A program made the position numbers and the translations under genes. Source: an uncultured virus (IMG/VR IMGVR_UViG_3300037631_006629) (taxonomy: Duplodnaviria > Heunggongvirae > Uroviricota > Caudoviricetes). Taken from it: a stretch of DNA of 64,000 nucleotides. Location of the stretch: the IMG/VR virus record IMGVR_UViG_3300037631_006629, positions 1 to 64,000 of that record; one strand, written 5' to 3'. Below, piece after piece: positions 30,546-39,360 of the stretch. A model generated the notes under the pieces. That model searched no databases. It saw nothing but the letters and a program-made list of their open reading frames with translations, and was not told the DNA's origin. The number at the start of each line of letters is the position of its first letter. Within the stretch, counting starts at the first letter, position 1.

Positions 30546-32204
30546 ATGTCTGATTTAATTTATTTTAATGCTGAAGCACAATACATGCTAAAAGAGGGTG
30601 TAAGAAAACTTTGTGCAGCTGTTAGCTCAACAATGGGGCCTCGAGGGAGATTAGTCCTTATTGAAAAAAATAATGAGCCTCCTCATCTTACAAAAGATGG
30701 CGCAACTGTTGCAAAAAACATTATACTTTCTGACAGGGTAGAGTCTTTAGGCGCAAGGCTTTTAAGACAAGCTTCAGAAAATACTGCTACAGTAGCAGGT
30801 GACGGAAGTACAACTGCGACAGTTTTGGCTAAAGAAATATACTTTAGATCTTCACAGGCATTGCAAACAGGAGTAGGATCGCCATCAGAGATTACTAGTC
30901 TTTTATCGAAAAAGTCTGAAGTAATTAAAGAATTTTTAAAAGAAAAGTCTAAAACTGTTTCTTCTAATGAAGAGATAAAGCAAGTTGCAACTATTAGCGC
31001 AAATGGCGATGATTATATTGGTGGTCTTATTTCTAACGCAATGGAAGAAGTAGGTACAAGTGGTTTAGTCACAGTTGAAAAAAGTAAAACAACAAGTACA
31101 GAGCTTAAGCTAGTTAGAGGAGTAAAGATAGATCGAGGATATATTTCTCCTTATTTTGTGACAGATACAGTAAAGTCCAGATGTATTTTAGAAGATCCTC
31201 TTGTTTTGATTACTAGCGCAAAATTGACTTCTTTGACACAAATATTACCAATATTAGAAAAAGCGCATCAAACAAAAAAGCCTTTGTTTATTATTGCAAA
31301 TGATTATGATCAAGAAGCAATTCAAGCTTTAATAGCAAACGTTTCTAAGGGCTTGCTTCAAATATGTGCTGTTAGGTCACCTTTCTATGGAGAAAAAAGA
31401 AATCAAGTTCTTAATGATCTTGCAGCAGCATTAGATACAAAAGTTTATTTTGATTTAGAAGAAAACGAAGTAAACAATATTCTACTTTCAGACTTAGGAA
31501 ATTGCAAAAAGATTGAAACTAGTCATAATGAAACATTGTTTGTTGAATGTGCAGGATCAGCTGACAAGTCTAAAGAAAGCATTGAAACTCTTGAGAGTAT
31601 AGAAAATCTTCTTAAAGATAAGAATATTTCCAAAGAAGAAGAAGCTTATTTAAAACAAAGACTTGTTATTAACAAAGGAGTTGTAGCAGTACTTTCTATT
31701 GGAGCACACACTGAGTCTGAATTATTGGAGCTAGTTGACAGAATTGACGATGCACTTCATGCTACTAAAGCTGCAATGGAAAGTGGATTTCTTCCGGGAG
31801 GTGGCATTGCCTTAGCAAAAGCTGGTCTAAAGCTATTAAGAGACTCAGAAGCTTTAGATGCAGAAAACAGTTTATTAGAAAGCACTGTAATAAAAATTCT
31901 TGCTGACGCATGTATTACACCACTTAGACAAATATTAAAAAACGCAGACTTATCTGTTGACTATATAATAGAGATGATTAAAAAAGTTCCTGACTTTAAT
32001 CACGGATTTGATGTAAGAACTGAGACTTACATTGATATGATTGACAAAGGTATTATTGATCCACAGAAAGTAACAGCAACAGCACTAGAAAACGCAGTAA
32101 GCGTTGCAAACTCATTAATGAGTGTAGGTTGTGTTGTTTTAAATGAAGGTAATGCTTACGGTAATGACGTGCAACTAGTTCAGTTATCTAATGATATGTA
32201 TTAA
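30546..32204 (+). CDS. groEL: Chaperonin GroEL-like
   Basis: TMGPRGR, TKDGATVAK, AGDGSTTATVLA, DRGYISPYF, PGGG, GIIDP. Confidence 0.95.
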   Translation: MSDLIYFNAEAQYMLKEGVRKLCAAVSSTMGPRGRLVLIEKNNEPPHLTKDGATVAKNIILSDRVESLGARLLRQASENTATVAGDGSTTATVLAKEIYFRSSQALQTGVGSPSEITSLLSKKSEVIKEFLKEKSKTVSSNEEIKQVATISANGDDYIGGLISNAMEEVGTSGLVTVEKSKTTSTELKLVRGVKIDRGYISPYFVTDTVKSRCILEDPLVLITSAKLTSLTQILPILEKAHQTKKPLFIIANDYDQEAIQALIANVSKGLLQICAVRSPFYGEKRNQVLNDLAAALDTKVYFDLEENEVNNILLSDLGNCKKIETSHNETLFVECAGSADKSKESIETLESIENLLKDKNISKEEEAYLKQRLVINKGVVAVLSIGAHTESELLELVDRIDDALHATKAAMESGFLPGGGIALAKAGLKLLRDSEALDAENSLLESTVIKILADACITPLRQILKNADLSVDYIIEMIKKVPDFNHGFDVRTETYIDMIDKGIIDPQKVTATALENAVSVANSLMSVGCVVLNEGNAYGNDVQLVQLSNDMY

Positions 32205-32216
32205 TATACAATACAT

Positions 32217-32402
32217 ATGGAGTTTATCATGGAAAACTTTGAAATTGACTTGATGGTTATAGAAGAACTTTTAGAAAAGAAAAAGTTAGAGTTAGAAAAT
32301 GAAAGACCTTTTTTGCAGCTAGAAATAGAAAATTATCCTCCAATAAAAGAAAATACAAAAACAAAAAGTGAACCTAGACGTGTAATAATTATTGACATTT
32401 AA
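32217..32402 (+). CDS. Small hypothetical protein
   Basis: ERPFLQLEI...RRVIIIDI. Confidence 0.6.
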   Translation: MEFIMENFEIDLMVIEELLEKKKLELENERPFLQLEIENYPPIKENTKTKSEPRRVIIIDI

Positions 32403-32409
32403 TTATTAT
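32380..32409 (+). promoter_or_regulatory. Probable promoter upstream of sigma gene
   Basis: AC-GTGTAA-N18-TATTAT. Confidence 0.45.
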
Positions 32410-32433
32410 ATACAAAAAAAGGAATAAAAATTT

Positions 32434-33180
32434 ATGTTAAATAATGCATTTAGTGAAATTATAAAGAAAAACCCACTACTTACTAAAAGGCAAGAGTTTG
32501 AACTTTCTAAGAAAGCAAAGAGCGGTGATCTAGAAGCTAGAAGAAAACTAATTGAATCAAATTATCGACTAGTTATTTCTATTGCAAAAAAATATCACAG
32601 AAAAAACGTTGACTTTGATGATCTTATTCAAGAAAGTACTACTGGTCTTCTAAAAGCAGTTGATAGATTTAATCCTGATTTAGGTCATAAGTTTTCCACA
32701 TACGCTTGCTGGTGGATTAAACAAGCTGCATTATCATATATTAACGAGCAAAGTGGGAGTATTAAAGTTCCTACACACTCGAGAATGCTTAATGCAAAAA
32801 TTAGAAATAAAGTTGCTGAGCTTGAAAAAATTAAAGGTAAAAAACCTCATATCGAAGAAGTTGCAATTGCTTTAGGCGAGTCTGTTAATAAGATTAATTA
32901 CACAATAAAAGCAAACAAACCTTCAGTATCTTATGACAACGAAGACAACGAAAAAGCAACTTCAATAAAAAATAAGCTTCCAGACAATAGCGCTTTTTCA
33001 GATCCTGCTGATGCGCTAGAAAGAAAAGAGTTAATGCAAATCATTAAAAACAATCTTCTTCTTTTATCACCTAAAGAAGAAAAGATTATTCGACTAAGAT
33101 TTGGCATCGAAGAAGATATTAATGATTTAGAAAATTTTCCAGTTACTGAAGAAATGAAAGGCTATCTTAATGAAAAATAA
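32434..33180 (+). CDS. RNA polymerase sigma70-family factor lacking region 4.2
   Basis: PLLT..QE..L, LIESNYRLVISIAKKY, DLIQE...GLLKAVDRF, KFSTYACWWIKQA, LSPKEEKIIRLRFGI then stop. Confidence 0.9.
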   Translation: MLNNAFSEIIKKNPLLTKRQEFELSKKAKSGDLEARRKLIESNYRLVISIAKKYHRKNVDFDDLIQESTTGLLKAVDRFNPDLGHKFSTYACWWIKQAALSYINEQSGSIKVPTHSRMLNAKIRNKVAELEKIKGKKPHIEEVAIALGESVNKINYTIKANKPSVSYDNEDNEKATSIKNKLPDNSAFSDPADALERKELMQIIKNNLLLLSPKEEKIIRLRFGIEEDINDLENFPVTEEMKGYLNEK

Positions 33181-33424
33181 AAAATACGTTACAACAAATG
33201 ACTATGACGGCTTAGACTATAGATCTATAGCAGAAATAATGACAAAAGATGGACACAAGATGAATCACTCATCTGTCAGAAACTATATTACACGAGGATT
33301 TTGTAAAGTTGTAAAAGGTATAACTAAAGATTTCTCTATTAGCTATTCTGACGAAAAAATAAAAAAGATAGCTCAATCCCCAGACTTTCAAAGCTCTATA
33401 ATTGAAATAATGAAAGGCAGATAA
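33170..33424 (+). CDS. HTH protein resembling sigma region 4.2
   Basis: GLDYRSIAEIM...MNHSSVRNYITRGFCKV; overlaps sigma stop by 11 nt. Confidence 0.65.
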   Translation: MKNKKYVTTNDYDGLDYRSIAEIMTKDGHKMNHSSVRNYITRGFCKVVKGITKDFSISYSDEKIKKIAQSPDFQSSIIEIMKGR

Positions 33425-33804
33425 TGAAAAGTATAAAGTATAAAGTTTTTGCAAACCGTAAGAAATTTAATATTATTAATTGGATTAAAAATTCTTCAAG
33501 CAAAACATATGAAAGTTTTTCTGAGTTTTTAATAAAAAGAAATGTTTTCCCGCCAGATAATCAATACTGGAATAGTGCATTAGAGTTTTATCTTAAAAGT
33601 ATTGAGACTAAAGAACCGGTTCAAGTAGAAGAGCCTGTTCAAGTAGAAGAACCTGTTCAAGTAGAAGAGCCTGTTCAAGTAGAAGAACCTGTTCAAGTAG
33701 AAGAACCTGTTCAAGTAGAAGAACCTGTTCAAGTAGAAGAGCCTGTCGAAAAGCCTAAAAGGCGACGTCGCAAAAAAAACAGCTTTAAAGACATTCCAGA
33801 ATAA
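33424..33804 (+). CDS. Hypothetical protein with EPVQVE repeats and basic tail
   Basis: TAATG coupling; 7 hexapeptide repeats; KRRRRKK. Confidence 0.7.
   Translation: MKSIKYKVFANRKKFNIINWIKNSSSKTYESFSEFLIKRNVFPPDNQYWNSALEFYLKSIETKEPVQVEEPVQVEEPVQVEEPVQVEEPVQVEEPVQVEEPVQVEEPVEKPKRRRRKKNSFKDIPE
33613..33750 (+). repeat. In-frame 18-bp tandem repeat x7
   Basis: ga[ag]cc[gt]gttcaagtagaa. Confidence 0.95.
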
Positions 33805-33814
33805 TGTTGTTTTT

Positions 33815-33973
33815 ATGAAAACAAATTGGTTTGGTTTATTTCCTATTCATCAATTGCTTCATATATATAAAAAACAGAAGAAAATTGAAGAAATCAATAA
33901 GACTTCTACTCTTGACAAAGATAATGAAAAAGATACGTACGAAATTAGGAGAAATAATGAAAAAGGAAGATAA
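33815..33973 (+). CDS. Possible small protein (52 aa)
   Basis: Hand-translated MKTNWFGLFPIHQLL...; fills gap. Confidence 0.35.
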   Translation: MKTNWFGLFPIHQLLHIYKKQKKIEEINKTSTLDKDNEKDTYEIRRNNEKGR

Positions 33974-34217
33974 ACTTAACCTTGCATTTGGCAAGTGTTT
34001 TGCAAAATCAAATCTTACTGAAGCTGAATGCGAAATGTTAAGGTCTCTAAGTTTATTAGAGCTTGTTTCAAAGTATGGTTTAAACGAAGTTCAGTCTAGA
34101 GAAATAATGTTATGGTGTCAAAGAGAATGTCAAAGAACAGGCTCTTCTGCGTTTGTTCCTAGTGAAGAACATGCTATAGAACAAATTAATTTAAATAAAA
34201 GACATTATAGGACATAA
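33957..34217 (+). CDS. Hypothetical protein
   Basis: Likely start MKKEDK with AGGAG SD. Confidence 0.6.
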   Translation: MKKEDKLNLAFGKCFAKSNLTEAECEMLRSLSLLELVSKYGLNEVQSREIMLWCQRECQRTGSSAFVPSEEHAIEQINLNKRHYRT

Positions 34218-34220
34218 ATC

Positions 34221-35144
34221 ATGGAAGGTAGAAATTTTGACTATGGCCATCAAGCTTCTGATTCAAAAGAAGGACAGATGGCAAAGCGCGCATTGTTAAC
34301 TATGGCAAAAGACTTGTATAATCTTTATATAACACTTAATGATCATGACGATTTACCTGAGTGGTGCCACTATAAGCTAGCAACAAGTAGAAAAGATCTT
34401 TCAGATATTACGGACTATTTAACTTCAAAAGTTATGAAGCATTGTCTAGATAAAGAAATGGGTTACGAAGATTTAAGGCTAGAAATAAAAAAGTCAATGG
34501 TAAATGATTTGCTAGCAGAAAGTAATCTTAACGAATTTTTCTTTGGCAAAAAAGGAAAGAAGAAACCAGATAATTCTTTTTCAAAAGAATATTTACCAAA
34601 GTCTGCAGCACATAGTGACTTTAGAAAAGATTACCAAAATCAAACAGTTCACTTTATAACTACTGCAAGAGAAATTGCTAGAAGAATTAAGAGCTACGAG
34701 AGATCAAATTTAGATTTAGATATAATCGAATTGTTTAAAGGCGACGTAAGACTAAAAGTAAACCTGCAAGTAATAAACACAGAAATACTGACATTAAAAA
34801 GAAGTATTGAAGAAATGCAAAATAATAAGTCGTTTAAACCAAAAGTAACTTCTGCTAGGATTAGTCCTAAAAAGAAAAGCTTTTTTTCTAGACTTTTTAA
34901 TAGCAATGAATCAGTTTACAAAGAAGAAAAATCAAATATTGAACAGCTGATTAAAAGATGCTACGAATATATGTTAGATGTAGAGCAATATGCTAATAGA
35001 GACTTAAAACAAATTATAGCTTTTAAAGATGAAAAAACTTTAGAACTTTTAAAAACACAACTAAACGAGATCTATAAAACTATTTTTAATTTTTTAAATA
35101 AAGTTGAAAAAGATTACAGTATTACGAGAAATAAAGAAAGATAA
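34221..35144 (+). CDS. Hypothetical protein with helical module seen in large phages and LxE motifs
   Basis: EGQMAK...DDLPEW...KL....DL..I.DYL; LLAESNLNEFF. Confidence 0.65.
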   Translation: MEGRNFDYGHQASDSKEGQMAKRALLTMAKDLYNLYITLNDHDDLPEWCHYKLATSRKDLSDITDYLTSKVMKHCLDKEMGYEDLRLEIKKSMVNDLLAESNLNEFFFGKKGKKKPDNSFSKEYLPKSAAHSDFRKDYQNQTVHFITTAREIARRIKSYERSNLDLDIIELFKGDVRLKVNLQVINTEILTLKRSIEEMQNNKSFKPKVTSARISPKKKSFFSRLFNSNESVYKEEKSNIEQLIKRCYEYMLDVEQYANRDLKQIIAFKDEKTLELLKTQLNEIYKTIFNFLNKVEKDYSITRNKER

Positions 35145-35153
35145 AAAGCAAAC

Positions 35154-36895
35154 ATGATCAATTTAATTAAAAATTTTTTTTTGTTTTATTAATAACATAT
35201 GGATGTGCACAAGACTATTCTGTAGCATTACCTGACATAGAAGTAAATGACAGGCTTTACTCGGGAAGTCAAGTAAAAATAAAATATTCTAACAACTTAG
35301 AATATGATAATGTAAGTGTAAAGCTAGTTGATAGCAGTAAACATTTAGTTGAAAATTACGGTACACAGTTTTATGACAAAATATTCTACATAAATAGATT
35401 TGTTAATTCAAGGATAATGTTTTATGAGAATTACTTTTTTAAAATAGAATTCTTAAGAAAAGATGAAACCTATGTAGTTTATCATCCTGTAGAAATAGAG
35501 CCTTCAATTATTGTAAAAAGTTTTTGTGTAACCAAAGACTGTCAATCTTTAACAGGGAACGTTGTTCAAAATACTTTTTCAAAAATTAGTATAAGTACTT
35601 ATAAGATTGCTGCAAATAGTATTACATATAATTTTATTACACCTTATGAAAACTTTTCTATTGAACATAAATTTAATGATGCAGTCAGTGAAGATTGGAT
35701 AGAAAACATATCGTTTAAAAGTGTTCCTAAAGAATATTCTTCTTATATAGGAACATTAATGATAGAAGCAAAAGATACTGAAGGAAACATTGTTGAAACT
35801 GCTTTGCCTTTTAAAGTAGTAAGACCTATAGAAATTAAGCATTATGGAAAGCATGAGTTAGCTGAAGTCTATGAACCTGTTCCTGTTACAGGTTGTATAC
35901 CCGGTTCAATAGGCAACAACGTTCAATATTCAGAATCTGTGTCAGAAACAAGACAAAATAGTGTTTCTATAACTATAGACAATAGTTGGACAAACAGTAA
36001 CATTTTTAGCACATCATCAGGCCAAACAGAAGGTATATCTATTGGCGAGACAGAAAGTACTATACTTTCATCTTCTTTATCTGAGGCTGAAACTTTTGGT
36101 CAAACAGAGGCTAATGAATACATTGATAGTGAAACATCAAACATATCTTATAGTACTAATGATGGAGAAAATTGGACTTGGTCGTTAGGTGAATCTGAAA
36201 CTAATGGTACATCTAATACTACTACAGACAGCTCGAGCACAGGTGTAGATGGAAGGGTAACAACCGGATTTTCAGGAGAAGGATCTTTACCTTTTTTAGC
36301 AAAAGCTAGCGGAAAAGTAGAAGTAAGTGCAGGAGTAAATGCAGGATGGGGAAATTCTAATTCTGACACAAATTCTGAAACTGACACTACTTCAAGAGGA
36401 TATTCTACGGGAGGAAGCTCACAATCAGGCAGGTCTTACGGCAGTGCCCAGAATAGCGCCAGAAGTCATTCTTTAAGTGGTACATATGTTTTATCAAGTT
36501 CTACGTCAAATACAATAACAGAGACATCTGCTTTATCTTCAAATAGAATATGGAACATGTCAGAAAGTGTAACTAGCGGCAAAACAGTATCAGAGGCAAA
36601 TTCAGAAAGTCTTGCTAAGACAGTTGTTGATTCTTCTACAAGCAGCACTACTTTTAGCTATAGTGCATATATTCCTAGAGGAAGATACGGAGTTTTTTTT
36701 AGACAGACTAGCAGGTATGTCAAGCTATCTGAAATCGTTGTATATGATTTAAACGGATATCCTTCTCACAGCGGATTTGTTGCTATGAATACGTGGTCGT
36801 GGGCACCAGAACTATCAGTAGCAAATAGTTGCGAAGAAGCAATGGAAAACAGGCTACCTGATTCTGAGTGTATAATTCAGCCTTGTGGAGAATAA
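35154..36895 (+). CDS. Aerolysin/ETX-like beta-pore-forming lipoprotein, frameshifted at T9 (tracked ORF 35417-36895)
   Basis: Main frame open from 35171 (KFFFVLLITYGC); ATG 35154 in adjacent frame; Ser/Thr-rich arms around GEGSLPFLAKASGKVEVSAG. Confidence 0.6.
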
Positions 36896-36924
36896 TTAGT
36901 TTGCAAATTAAAAACGAGGAACAT

Positions 36925-39348
36925 ATGAAAAATAATATTACATATTATATTAAAAAATTATTTGATAATAAAAGAAAAAACAGACATTCTATTATTGATA
37001 TCATGCTTGAAGGTGGCGCAGGCGGCCACATGCAACATCCTTATGACGACAATGAACTTACCCTACAAGAGATAAAGGAAATAATAATTGATGCATCAAG
37101 TGGAATGATAGATGACAAAGGAAAGTCTAAAGCAGTAGAAAAAATTGATGGCTTTAACATGCACTTTGCATTGTTTGTTGATGCAGAACACGGTAACGTT
37201 GATTTTAACAACGATGTTTATTTTCTTAGATCTAAAACTAAAGTAGGAGATAGATCTTTAAATTTAAACGGAATAAAAAAAGAATACGAATCACATCCAG
37301 CAAGTGAAGTTTTTATACTAGGATGTGAAGTTATTGCAAGAGCTTGTGCTAGAATTCCTACTGATACTTTAAGAGCAGTTTTTTCTGAGCCCTCAGCAGA
37401 AGACTCAGCAGAAATACCTGATGGTGCAACATTCGCAGGTACATATGTAAATACTGAAATTGTTTTTCCTAAAAGACCAATACAAATAAAATATGACAGC
37501 CCTACAATATCTTTTCACGAATTAAAAGATTATTATACAAAACCTTCTGGAAAAAGAGTATCAGTTACAGAATTCAATTACAATGATGAAAGATATAGCA
37601 AATTCATCAGATCTTTTAATTCACAAAACTTAAATAATATTATTCGAATTTCTAGCTCAGCTGTAAAAGGAGTAGAACACGATCCTAATCAACACGAAGA
37701 GTTTGATTTTAATTTAATAGGTTCAACTGAAAACAAAATTATGTTAAATCAATTAGAAGATTTACAAGTTCAAGAATTATTAGGAATTATTGACAATGTT
37801 AAAAGAAAATCAGGTTTAACAGATGAAGCTACATTAAGAGACGTAAAAGTTTCATACATACAAGCAGTATGTCAAGATCAAGCAGAGTCTGTGAAAAATC
37901 TATTGATTGCAGATTTTTCAGACAAAGGAATGACCGAAGAAAACGCAAAACTACTATCAGGGTTTATTGTCTATAATATAGCAATGAAAGTAGGAAGACT
38001 TCCAGCAACGAATCAGGACTTTAAAGATCTTAAGAGCACAGCAATAAAAAAAGCTTTTACCGATAAAGATTTGAAAAAAGCAGTAGAGTCAACTGGTGCA
38101 TTTAGGCAAAAAGATAACAAGTATTTATCGTCTGCTATGCCATCTATAATGAGTACATTTAACAATTCTTTTAAAGAAATAACAGAGCTATTTTTTATTT
38201 TAGGAGTAGAAATGCTTCAAGGTAGAAAGTCTAACTTGATGTCAAAAGAAACTGCTAAAGCGCAGTCTGAAAAAATGACTGCTGATTTGGTTTTAGCTCT
38301 ACAAGACTTTTATGATCTCAGAGATGATGATCCTATGAAGTTAAAGCTAAACAGACATGTTAGTAAAATTGAATCACTTATTGTTAGACAAAACACAAAA
38401 CTAGGAATTCAAGTTGACAGATCAAATAAAAGTGATATCGTGCAAAAAGCATCTAACATTTCTATAGAAGCAATAGAAGGTATTGTATATAATTTTAAAA
38501 ACAAAAGATTTAAATTTACAGGAACTTATGCGCCTATTAATCAGTTGATGGGTTTTAATACTGTCGGACTTTTTCCGTCAAGGTTTCCTAGAGTTTATAG
38601 TCAAAGAATAAACTGGGACATAAAAGAAGATACAAAAACAGTTTTAATACTACCAGGTTCATTCAAACCTCCTCATGTTGGACATTTACAATTGCTTAAA
38701 CATTATATGGACCAAGGTGTTGATCAAGCTCTTATATTGGTCACAGACCCAAGAAATGAGCAGTCTGTTAGAAGAATTGGTAATAAGTCAATTGACGGTA
38801 ATGTTGCGACTGTTTTATGGAAAATATTAGCAAAAGACTTGGTTGACTCTGGTAAAGTTAGTGTTATAGTTAGTCCTGCTTCTAATCCTATAGAAGTTGC
38901 TGTATCGATGTTAGTAGAAGGCTCTGACAAACTTAAACAAGGCACTAAAGTTTATCTAGGCTCTTCTTCAAAATTAACTTACGATAAAATTAAAGGAACA
39001 TCAGAAAAAATTATAGGAACAGAACAAGTACAATCTGATGACTCTGATAGATATGATAGACTTTTAGAGTACGCAAACATAGCTGATTACTTGGACATAC
39101 AAGATCCTAGACAGAATGCATGTCCACCTGTGACATTACCTGCTGAGTACGTACAAAAATGTCAAGATCTAGGAATATACGAAAGCTTACCTTCACAAAT
39201 AGATGGAAAAGATTCATCACAATATCACGCTTCTGATCTAAGATACTTACTAGCAGCTTCACAAGAAAGTGAAGAATTAAAAGAATTGCTTGTTTATTTC
39301 TTAGGAAGCAAACAAATTATAAATCAATATATTTCTTATATTTTTTAG
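36925..39348 (+). CDS. Ligase-like nucleotidyltransferase fused to HIGH-family nucleotidyltransferase
   Basis: EKIDG, NTEIV, FHE, IEGIVY, KFTG; then PGSFKPPHVGH; likely start MKNN with GAGG SD. Confidence 0.65.
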   Translation: MKNNITYYIKKLFDNKRKNRHSIIDIMLEGGAGGHMQHPYDDNELTLQEIKEIIIDASSGMIDDKGKSKAVEKIDGFNMHFALFVDAEHGNVDFNNDVYFLRSKTKVGDRSLNLNGIKKEYESHPASEVFILGCEVIARACARIPTDTLRAVFSEPSAEDSAEIPDGATFAGTYVNTEIVFPKRPIQIKYDSPTISFHELKDYYTKPSGKRVSVTEFNYNDERYSKFIRSFNSQNLNNIIRISSSAVKGVEHDPNQHEEFDFNLIGSTENKIMLNQLEDLQVQELLGIIDNVKRKSGLTDEATLRDVKVSYIQAVCQDQAESVKNLLIADFSDKGMTEENAKLLSGFIVYNIAMKVGRLPATNQDFKDLKSTAIKKAFTDKDLKKAVESTGAFRQKDNKYLSSAMPSIMSTFNNSFKEITELFFILGVEMLQGRKSNLMSKETAKAQSEKMTADLVLALQDFYDLRDDDPMKLKLNRHVSKIESLIVRQNTKLGIQVDRSNKSDIVQKASNISIEAIEGIVYNFKNKRFKFTGTYAPINQLMGFNTVGLFPSRFPRVYSQRINWDIKEDTKTVLILPGSFKPPHVGHLQLLKHYMDQGVDQALILVTDPRNEQSVRRIGNKSIDGNVATVLWKILAKDLVDSGKVSVIVSPASNPIEVAVSMLVEGSDKLKQGTKVYLGSSSKLTYDKIKGTSEKIIGTEQVQSDDSDRYDRLLEYANIADYLDIQDPRQNACPPVTLPAEYVQKCQDLGIYESLPSQIDGKDSSQYHASDLRYLLAASQESEELKELLVYFLGSKQIINQYISYIF

Positions 39349-39360
39349 TCATGCTTTGAA

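Noticed and set aside
33613..33750. CRISPR-like array
   Set aside because: Repeats are contiguous with no spacers, and are in-frame coding with synonymous variation.
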